21,869 nt of DNA from Candidatus Thorarchaeota archaeon (GTDB taxonomy: Archaea; Asgardarchaeota; Thorarchaeia; Thorarchaeales; Thorarchaeaceae). Each line of letters opens with the position of its first letter. The first letter of the stretch is position 1. The notes beneath the pieces are model-generated. The model did not search any database. It saw only the letters and a program-made list of their open reading frames with translations, and was not told the origin of the DNA. The stretch is taken from NCBI GenBank assembly GCA_038893995.1, contig JAWAQK010000042.1, positions 1-21,869 on the forward strand. Reading direction: 5' to 3'. A program made the position numbers and the translations under genes. Shown in pieces: positions 14,993 to 21,869 of this stretch.

Positions 14993-15742
14993 TTGAGTGA
15001 GTTGAGGTCATCTCTACACGACTACAGGGCCGTCGTATTCGACCTTGACAACACCCTGACTGACACAAAGCGATATCCGGTGAGAGCATGCAAGTGGCTC
15101 CTCTCAGAGGCGGGTGTCGATCCAGACCGAGACATTGAACCATTCCTTTCAATCCTGGTCAGAGAGTACTTCAAGGGTCTTGAGAAGGTGGTCACGGGGG
15201 GGCCCTACAGGGATCCATATGCAATTGTACGTACTGCAATGGGGAATGCATCTCGCGAGTTCGGTCTCAATGTGGACGAGTGTGTCCTGGATGAAGCAAC
15301 GATGCTCTTCAGGGCCCTCCATGTTGAGGTCCCCGAACTGAGAGATGGTGTTCGTCAGATACTGACAACGCTCCGCGGATATGGGGTCAGACTGGGTGTT
15401 GTGACGAACTCATTTGAGGGACACATCCGCCCCATATTGAGTCGCATCAAGATCATCGACCTCTTTGACGCCATAGTCGACCCAAGCATGGTTCGAGCAT
15501 ACAAGCCAATGCCTCAGCCATTTGAATCTGTGATGGCGATTCTCGGCACACGACCACCAGACACGCTCTACATCGGCGATGAGTTCTACGCTGACGTCGT
15601 CGGCGCGAAGAGACTGGGCATTGATGTAGTATGGTTGAATCACAGGGGTCAGAGTCTGGATCAACATCTCGAGAAACATGGTCCGGAGTACAGACCTTCA
15701 CTTGTGGTGTCTGAGATGGTCGAACTACTGAAGCTGCTCTAG
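14993..15742 (+). CDS. HAD superfamily hydrolase (subfamily IA)
   Basis: Motif I FDLDNTL, motif II VVTN, motif III KP, motif IV IGDEFYADVVGA. In-frame TTG at 14993 chosen to avoid overlap with the upstream gene; start uncertain. Confidence 0.9.
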   Translation: MSELRSSLHDYRAVVFDLDNTLTDTKRYPVRACKWLLSEAGVDPDRDIEPFLSILVREYFKGLEKVVTGGPYRDPYAIVRTAMGNASREFGLNVDECVLDEATMLFRALHVEVPELRDGVRQILTTLRGYGVRLGVVTNSFEGHIRPILSRIKIIDLFDAIVDPSMVRAYKPMPQPFESVMAILGTRPPDTLYIGDEFYADVVGAKRLGIDVVWLNHRGQSLDQHLEKHGPEYRPSLVVSEMVELLKLL

Positions 15743-15799
15743 GACTCGTACCAGACACACATATTAGCAAATCCGAAAGCTCAATACACTCCAGAGAGA

Positions 15800-16276
15800 A
15801 TGCACCCATGGAGATGTGCCTTGTTGAACCAAGAGGGACGAGGTCGGAGTCCGGCCGATGTGCGGTCGGATCTTGTTGGCATAATTCGCGGCAGCTCTAG
15901 CATTACCGAGATGATCGTGAATCTGATAGAGAACGAGTTGAGAGATCTAAGGGAGGGCGATGCTGCTGAGAGAGTAAGGGGTGCTCTCTCAGTTGCTGCA
16001 AGAGAGGCTGGAGTAACGGACTCGACTAGAGACGCCGTCTTGGCCTGGCTCACCAAGACGACTCCAGACGTCAGACAGACAATTCTAGTTCAGACAATCG
16101 AGACCCTCCTCGGCGATGATAAAATACGACCCGATATCCTGCGAGCATTGGAACAAGTGGCGTCAAAGGAGAGTGTCACGATGGTGATGGACTGGGTCAA
16201 TCGGGGGATACTGACTCTCAGCCAGGGCGTCTACGTCCTGCTGTTCCCCGAGTCCTCGGTTGTTGCTACTGACTGA
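15800..16276 (+). CDS. hypothetical alpha-helical protein
   Basis: 158-aa ORF co-oriented with its neighbours, with an amphipathic helical pattern and no recognised motif; the start may lie slightly downstream. Confidence 0.65.
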   Translation: MHPWRCALLNQEGRGRSPADVRSDLVGIIRGSSSITEMIVNLIENELRDLREGDAAERVRGALSVAAREAGVTDSTRDAVLAWLTKTTPDVRQTILVQTIETLLGDDKIRPDILRALEQVASKESVTMVMDWVNRGILTLSQGVYVLLFPESSVVATD

Positions 16277-16510
16277 ACCAGCTCCCCTGTATGTCACGAC
16301 ATTCAGAATCCGCGTGGATATTTGGCAATGGCTTCTCTGCAGCAGACTGATGCAGGCGTAGGGTTTGCCTGTAGTGAACAGTCGATCTCCCTGAGATGAA
16401 TTGATGCTAGTATTCCTGTCCGGATCATTACAAGCTTTGATAAAACCAGAGCGGTTCTCAGCAGGTATTTACTTGCAGTTTGAGTAACCTTCCTCTACAG
16501 TCCGTGGAAT

Positions 16511-16526
16511 CACCATTATATGGGTG
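16511..16526 (+). promoter_or_regulatory. candidate TATA box embedded in a short inverted repeat
   Basis: CACCATTATATGGGTG: TTATAT about 37-42 nt upstream of the 16558 start, flanked by CCAT/ATGG. Confidence 0.4.
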
Positions 16527-16557
16527 GTTATCATAGCAACTGGTTGGAGACTGTTCC

Positions 16558-17790
16558 GTGTTCGACAGCACAAGACATCTGTGCATATTGATGATCGTGG
16601 TCCTTGTGGTCATCATTCCTCAGGAGGCTTCAGCACAGACCCGCGGGCCACCGACCGAGACGCCAATGCCTCCGAGTCCGGTGAGTCCTCCGATCGGCTA
16701 CGCCAGGGACGATGGCATGTTCCTGATTCGGACCAATGTGATGACAGTACTGGCAGTCCCCGAAGTACCTCAGTTCCACTTCTGGTTCACCAGTGATGAC
16801 GGTGCTTCCGCAAATTTCTCACTGCTGTTTCGATCGATCATTGAGTTCGAGGACCTAAATGGAGATGGAGTCTATCAGTCCAACGAGACTGTTCATACTG
16901 CACACCTGTCAGCCTACGAGTGGGCACTGCAGACAGGTCTTGTCGTTGTGAACGATGTTACCGTGGAGGTCTGGCTCAAGTACACAAAGGGAGGTGTAGG
17001 GGTTCATCCCTCTGCGGAGGTTGATTCTCCAGATGTCGGCTCCACTCCAGAATCGGTCTCGTGGTTCAGGAACACGACAATTCAGATCTGGGCACATGTG
17101 TACTCATACGACTACTATGGAAACTTCTCTGACGGTAGCGAGTTGGTTTCTTACTCGGTAAGACACGGGTCGGAACTGAAGATGGACATTGTTGTGAGCA
17201 ACTTTCCGTTCAGTTCTCCCTCATCCATGGCTGTCATCCAGATGCTGTTGCGCGAGGACATGGCGACAGGCCCACATGCTGATTGGAGACACAGATACGT
17301 TACACGTGAGAGGAATCGAAACAATACTGGAGTATCGTGGAAAGACTGGAATCAGAGTGAAGGAAATGAGACCAGGTTCGAGCCTAGAAACGAAACTCAC
17401 ACACAACGGATTGACATTGAAGACACAGGGTCGTCAACCGTACAGGGATTCGTCAGCTGGCTTGACAGAGCTTTGATCACACTGCCTGGGGGTTTGAGAG
17501 AGGTGGTGGAAGTCGGAGCGTCATATGTCCCAGTAGGAACTGGACTTGCGATAAACATATGTTACCCTAACTTCGACGGAGGCACCCTTGTCAACGACCC
17601 GTCACTTGGACTGTACGAGGATGCTGCTCCGTCTCCTGTTCGGCCGCCAGTCGATACGACGGTCGTACTCCTCGTTGCGACGGTCTGCATAGTCGTACTG
17701 GGACTGGGGACCAAGTGGCACAGATCACGTCGCTGGGGGTCTGACCTGACGTTATCAAGACACACTATACATGTTCTGGACTGGTGCTGA
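16558..17790 (+). CDS. secreted, C-terminally membrane-anchored surface (glyco)protein
   Basis: Signal peptide (hydrophobic core, ASA|Q), Pro-rich linker, DLNGDG Ca-binding-like loop, many N-x-S/T sequons, beta-rich body, C-terminal TM followed by basic residues. Confidence 0.8.
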   Translation: MFDSTRHLCILMIVVLVVIIPQEASAQTRGPPTETPMPPSPVSPPIGYARDDGMFLIRTNVMTVLAVPEVPQFHFWFTSDDGASANFSLLFRSIIEFEDLNGDGVYQSNETVHTAHLSAYEWALQTGLVVVNDVTVEVWLKYTKGGVGVHPSAEVDSPDVGSTPESVSWFRNTTIQIWAHVYSYDYYGNFSDGSELVSYSVRHGSELKMDIVVSNFPFSSPSSMAVIQMLLREDMATGPHADWRHRYVTRERNRNNTGVSWKDWNQSEGNETRFEPRNETHTQRIDIEDTGSSTVQGFVSWLDRALITLPGGLREVVEVGASYVPVGTGLAINICYPNFDGGTLVNDPSLGLYEDAAPSPVRPPVDTTVVLLVATVCIVVLGLGTKWHRSRRWGSDLTLSRHTIHVLDWC

Positions 17791-17792
17791 GG

Positions 17793-18782
17793 ATGGAATC
17801 CAGGCTATTCATGTGGCTGATCATGACAATGGTCCTGGTGGGCCAGGTCGGCTCGCCTGGCCTGATTCATAGCACATCACAGTACGACGGGCTCTCAGCG
17901 GACCCTGTCCAGATTCGAGCAGTACTCCGAACGGAGGGTCCAGTTTCATTCATTGCCGACTTGACTTTTCACAACACAGGCCCCGATGAGGTGGAAGTCC
18001 TACCTATAAGGATTGACTCGCTCCGTGTGAGTCTGTCGACTGTGGATGTCGGTGATGTCACTGCACATAGTACAGTCACGACTTACAGTCGTTACACCGA
18101 GATCTTGGTGTCTCTATCCGATCGTCTACAGCCAGGGACTTCCGCGAAAGTCCATCTGGAGTTCTCTACCGACGACCTTCAGTCGACTCCTAGGATAGGT
18201 CCTGATGCTGCGCATTACCTATCAGAGTTCGTGTACTATGTACGACCTGCCTGCACCTTCTCGAATTTCACTCTGTACGTGCACCTGCCCATCTCAGCTA
18301 CACTCTCCGAATCTTCTGCAGTCCCAGTATTTCCGGTTCCTACAGGAAACTACACTGACGGAAAGATACTGGTCTTCTACTGGACTTATGACGAGATACT
18401 CATCGGCCAGGAACGTGTCTTCATGGTCAAGTATCAGTATCCGCTCGATTCCTCGGGGGATCTGGTCGTTTCAGGTCTCATCTGGATGATGCTACTACTC
18501 GGGTTTGTCATGGGTGCATTGACGATGCGATATGGTCCAGTAGTCGTGCGTAGCCTCAGGCGAGTTGGTCGCACTCGTTATGTAGGCGTCACTTCGGAGG
18601 AGCAGGAGATCCTTGACATCATTCGGTCAAGGGGTGGCTCATGTCCGCAGAAGGAACTCTATCAAGAGTCTAACATGTCTCAGGCGAGAGTCAGTGTCAT
18701 ACTGAATAACCTCGAGGAGCGAAACCTGGTCAAGAGGTTTCGTGAGGGTCGCGAGAACATAGTGTATCTGATGGAGCAGTGA
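17793..18782 (+). CDS. membrane-anchored winged-helix transcriptional regulator (COG2512-like)
   Basis: Signal/TM, extracellular beta domain, TM, then wHTH (EEQEILDII..GG..PQKEL...MSQARVSVILNNLEERNLVKRFREGREN). ATG 17793 lies 2 nt after the upstream stop; GTG 17784 is an alternative. Confidence 0.85.
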   Translation: MESRLFMWLIMTMVLVGQVGSPGLIHSTSQYDGLSADPVQIRAVLRTEGPVSFIADLTFHNTGPDEVEVLPIRIDSLRVSLSTVDVGDVTAHSTVTTYSRYTEILVSLSDRLQPGTSAKVHLEFSTDDLQSTPRIGPDAAHYLSEFVYYVRPACTFSNFTLYVHLPISATLSESSAVPVFPVPTGNYTDGKILVFYWTYDEILIGQERVFMVKYQYPLDSSGDLVVSGLIWMMLLLGFVMGALTMRYGPVVVRSLRRVGRTRYVGVTSEEQEILDIIRSRGGSCPQKELYQESNMSQARVSVILNNLEERNLVKRFREGRENIVYLMEQ

Positions 18783-18830
18783 TTGGCGTCCCATCAGGCG
18801 ACGTACGACGACGCCTCGGCCAGGGGAATA

Positions 18831-18843
18831 GAAAGGCTTTATA
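18831..18843 (+). promoter_or_regulatory. BRE/TATA promoter of the mutase operon
   Basis: GAAAGGC-TTTATA, followed by a GAGGTGA RBS at 18880-18886 before TTG 18891. Confidence 0.6.
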
Positions 18844-18890
18844 CCAGCTGGGGGAGCACTCCTGTCGATTCGGACCGCCGAGGTGAGCCT

Positions 18891-19292
18891 TTGAGTTCCG
18901 GTAGAAAGATACGAGTCCTCATTGCAAAACCAGGCCTGGATGGTCATGACCGAGGCGCCAAGGTAGTCGCAAGGGCACTTCGTGATGCAGGAATGGAGGT
19001 CATCTACACGGGCCTGAGACAGACTCCTGAGATGATCGTACGCGCAGCTGTTGACGAGGCAGTCGACGTCATAGGTCTGAGCATTCTGAGCGGTGCTCAC
19101 ATGGCACTATTTCCGCGAATAATGGAGCTCCTTCGGCAAGAGAAGGCCGACAATGTTCTGGTCGTTGCGGGTGGTATAATCCCTCAGGACGACATACCTG
19201 AGCTGAAGAAGATAGGTATTGCAGAGGTCTTTGGCCCCGGCACTCCCCTGAACGAGATCGTGGAGTACATCAAGGCACACGTGAAGTTGTAA
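18891..19292 (+). CDS. methylmalonyl-CoA mutase small subunit (cobalamin-binding domain)
   Basis: [14 protein letters not shown] (DxHxxG), [14 protein letters not shown] and FGPGT. Start moved from 18783 to TTG 18891 because of the RBS and promoter. Confidence 0.93.
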   Translation: MSSGRKIRVLIAKPGLDGHDRGAKVVARALRDAGMEVIYTGLRQTPEMIVRAAVDEAVDVIGLSILSGAHMALFPRIMELLRQEKADNVLVVAGGIIPQDDIPELKKIGIAEVFGPGTPLNEIVEYIKAHVKL

Positions 19293-19314
19293 TACTTCCA
19301 AGAGGACTGAGGAC

Positions 19315-20277
19315 TTGTCGACCAGTGATATCGCCTCTGAAGTATTGGCTGGAAACAGGCGGGCTCTGGCCAGACTCATCTCAATGATCGAGAATGAAGA
19401 GCCTACAGTACAGGACATCCTGAGAAGGCTATACAGACACACCGGCAGGGCCCACATCGTCGGGATAACAGGGCCTCCGGGGTCCGGGAAGAGTTCTATT
19501 GTTGCAATGATGACATCCGAGTTGAGGCGACTGGGCAGGTCCGTGGGAATTGTGTGTGTTGACCCCTCAAGCCCTTTCACTGGCGGCGCGCTACTTGGAG
19601 ACCGCATCAGGATCCAGGAACACAGTCTGGACGATTCCGTGTACATGCGCAGCATGGGCACACGGGGTCATCTTGGAGGCCTCTCCAGGGCCACATCCGA
19701 TGCTGTGCGTGCGATCGATGCCTCTGGCAAGGACATGATCCTTGTTGAAACAGTTGGTGCAGGTCAGTCTGAGGTTGAGGTCATCGAGATTGCCCATACC
19801 GTCATTGTTACTGACGTGCCCAGCAGCGGAGACGATATTCAGGCCATCAAGGCCGGCATCATGGAGATCGCAGATATTTTTGTGGTCAACAAGATGGACT
19901 TGCCAGGTGCGGACAAGAAGGTTGCTGATATCAATGCCATGATAGATCTTGATTCCAGCAGACAGGGGTGGCGCCCACCAGTTCTCCTTACCAATGCACG
20001 TACAGGAGAGGGAATCCCAACCCTGGTGAGTACTGTGGATGCCCACCTGAGATATCTCAGGGAGAGTGGACTGCTCGAGGCAAGGGCCTTGAAGCGTACA
20101 AGGCAGGAGCTTCAGGAGATCATGGAATACAGTCTCACGAGGGAGTTGCTGCATGCCCTCCAGGGCCGCCCAGAATATGAGGATGCCATACGAAAGATAA
20201 GTCGGCGTGAGGATGACCCATATTCGATAGCACAGAGACTGATAGCTGAGTTTCTTGCTGAATATAGTAGGAGGTAG
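19315..20277 (+). CDS. meaB: methylmalonyl-CoA mutase-associated GTPase MeaB/ArgK
   Basis: GITGPPGSGKS P-loop, VDPSSPFTGGALLGDRIR, ETVGAGQSE, IKAGIMEIADIFVVNKMD. Confidence 0.95.
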   Translation: MSTSDIASEVLAGNRRALARLISMIENEEPTVQDILRRLYRHTGRAHIVGITGPPGSGKSSIVAMMTSELRRLGRSVGIVCVDPSSPFTGGALLGDRIRIQEHSLDDSVYMRSMGTRGHLGGLSRATSDAVRAIDASGKDMILVETVGAGQSEVEVIEIAHTVIVTDVPSSGDDIQAIKAGIMEIADIFVVNKMDLPGADKKVADINAMIDLDSSRQGWRPPVLLTNARTGEGIPTLVSTVDAHLRYLRESGLLEARALKRTRQELQEIMEYSLTRELLHALQGRPEYEDAIRKISRREDDPYSIAQRLIAEFLAEYSRR

Positions 20278-20286
20278 TTTCGCTGC

Positions 20287-21869
20287 ATGGTTGACGACAA
20301 GGTCCTGAAGGGGTCCCTCGATGAATGGGAGAACAAACTAGTCGCGCCGACCATTGCCAAGTATCCTGAACGTGAGAGGGAAATGGCGACTATCTCTGGG
20401 GTCCCGGTGAAGCGTCTGTACACTCCTCTCGACTTGACGGACTGGAGTTACATGGACCATCTCGGCTTCCCCGGTATGTATCCGTTCACGAGGGGCGTTC
20501 AGCCGACCATGTATAGGGGACGCTACTGGACCATGCGTCAGTACAGCGGTTTCGGGACCGCAAGAGAAACCAATGAACGCTTCAGGTTCCTCCTACAACA
20601 GGGTCAGACAGGTCTCTCAGTGGCATTCGATCTTCCCACTCAGGTGGGGTATGATTCTGACCATCCGCTTGCACGTGGTGAAGTGGGAAAGGTCGGAGTC
20701 GCTGTATCATCACTCGCCGACATGGAAATGCTCTTCGAGTCGATTCCACTGGACAAGGTCAGCACCTCGATGACCATCAATGCTCCCGCAATCGTTCTTC
20801 TTTCCATGTACGTTGTTCTGGCAGAAAAACAGGGACTGGATCCCTCAGTCCTCCGTGGAACCATCCAGAACGATATACTCAAGGAGTATGCTGCTCGTGG
20901 TACTTACATCTTCCCCCCGGGACCATCCATGCGTCTCATAACTGACATATTCAAGTATTGTTCGCGTAGCATGCCCCTCTGGAACACGATCTCGATAAGT
21001 GGCTATCATATTCGCGAGGCCGGTGCAAATGCCGTTCAGGAGATCGCATTCACGCTGGCCAATGGAATTGCCTACGTTCAGGCAGCAATTGACGCGGGTC
21101 TGGATGTCGATGAGTTTGCCTCCAGGCTGTCGTTCTTCTTCGGATCGCACAGCGATTTCTTCGAGGAGATTGCCAAGTTCAGGGCGGCACGAAGACTGTG
21201 GGCCCGGATAATGCGGGAGCGGTTTGGTGCCAAGGATGAGGACTCGTGGAAACTCCGTTTCCACACGCAGACGGCAGGCTGCACATTGACTGCTCAGCAA
21301 CCAGACAACAACATCGTCAGAGTCACTCTACAGGCCCTTCAGGCCGTGCTTGGTGGCACCCAGTCTCTGCATACCAACTCACGTGACGAGGCATTGTCGT
21401 TGCCAACTTCTGAGTCGGTGCAGATAGCACTCAGGACTCAACAGATAATAGCGTATGAGACAGGAGTGGCGGACACAGTAGACCCACTTGCAGGGTCATA
21501 CTACCTCGAGACGCTCACAAACTCCCTCGAAGCCAGGGCAATGAGATACATCGAGGAGATTGACAAGATGGGTGGCGCAGTTGTCGCCATAGAGCGCGGG
21601 TTCATACAGAAAGAGATCGCCGACGCTGCGTACGAATACCAACGATCTGTAGATCAGGGACGAAGGACAATAGTCGGGGTGAACCGTTTCACCACAGATG
21701 AGACCCGTCGGATTGACTACATGCGGGTCAACCCTGAATGCGAGAGAGAGCAGGTCCAACGGCTGACCCGGCTGAGAGAAACTCGAGATAACATTGAGGT
21801 GAAGGCCCAACTGGAGCGGCTGAGAGAGGTCGCATGTGGCAATGACCACCTAGTCCCAGTCGTCATGGA
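20287..21869 (+). CDS. methylmalonyl-CoA mutase large (substrate-binding) subunit; 3'-partial
   Basis: Absent from the ORF track because there is no stop in the window. Hand translation from ATG 20287: MVDDKVLKG...[12 protein letters not shown]...[10 protein letters not shown]...[14 protein letters not shown]...[17 protein letters not shown]...[12 protein letters not shown]...[14 protein letters not shown]. Confidence 0.95.
   Translation, partial: MVDDKVLKGSLDEWENKLVAPTIAKYPEREREMATISGVPVKRLYTPLDLTDWSYMDHLGFPGMYPFTRGVQPTMYRGRYWTMRQYSGFGTARETNERFRFLLQQGQTGLSVAFDLPTQVGYDSDHPLARGEVGKVGVAVSSLADMEMLFESIPLDKVSTSMTINAPAIVLLSMYVVLAEKQGLDPSVLRGTIQNDILKEYAARGTYIFPPGPSMRLITDIFKYCSRSMPLWNTISISGYHIREAGANAVQEIAFTLANGIAYVQAAIDAGLDVDEFASRLSFFFGSHSDFFEEIAKFRAARRLWARIMRERFGAKDEDSWKLRFHTQTAGCTLTAQQPDNNIVRVTLQALQAVLGGTQSLHTNSRDEALSLPTSESVQIALRTQQIIAYETGVADTVDPLAGSYYLETLTNSLEARAMRYIEEIDKMGGAVVAIERGFIQKEIADAAYEYQRSVDQGRRTIVGVNRFTTDETRRIDYMRVNPECEREQVQRLTRLRETRDNIEVKAQLERLREVACGNDHLVPVVM

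Noticed and set aside
19107-21849. Long antisense or alternative-frame ORFs over meaB and the mutase (and similar shadows over speA and the Cache genes)
   Set aside because: Shadow ORFs of well-supported genes in moderately GC-rich coding sequence.
1-21869. CRISPR arrays, tRNA/rRNA, transposases, integrases, defence nucleases
   Set aside because: No spaced direct repeats, cloverleaf signatures or relevant catalytic motifs seen by eye.

Overview
Archaeal genomic window, most likely from an Asgard archaeon (Thorarchaeia-like). This assignment is inferred from TATA-type promoters, GGAGG/GGTGA ribosome-binding sites, a split methylmalonyl-CoA mutase, a COG2512-type regulator and PCI-like domains; it has not been tested. 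Left end: a 5'-truncated VAO/PCMH-family flavoprotein and an HdrD/GlpC-like Fe-S protein. Right half: DUF998, a tail-anchored Zn-ribbon protein, a two-subunit family I CoA-transferase, a HAD hydrolase, a surface protein paired with a membrane-bound wHTH regulator, and a B12-domain/MeaB/methylmalonyl-CoA mutase operon whose mutase runs off the window and is missing from the ORF track. The main observation is a tight four-gene minus-strand operon (11400->3705). It encodes a beta-propeller/Zn-ribbon/2x PCI-like protein, a dCache-HAMP-TPR-VWA membrane receptor, a dCache-HAMP receptor with no output domain, and a bacterial-type PLP arginine decarboxylase (SpeA-like). In both Cache domains the carboxylate-binding Arg of the amino-acid-sensing motif is replaced by Glu. 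This suggests they sense a decarboxylated amino acid (agmatine or a polyamine) made by the enzyme in the same operon, i.e. a candidate kinase-free 'make and sense an amine' signalling system. No rRNA, tRNA, CRISPR array or mobile element was recognised.
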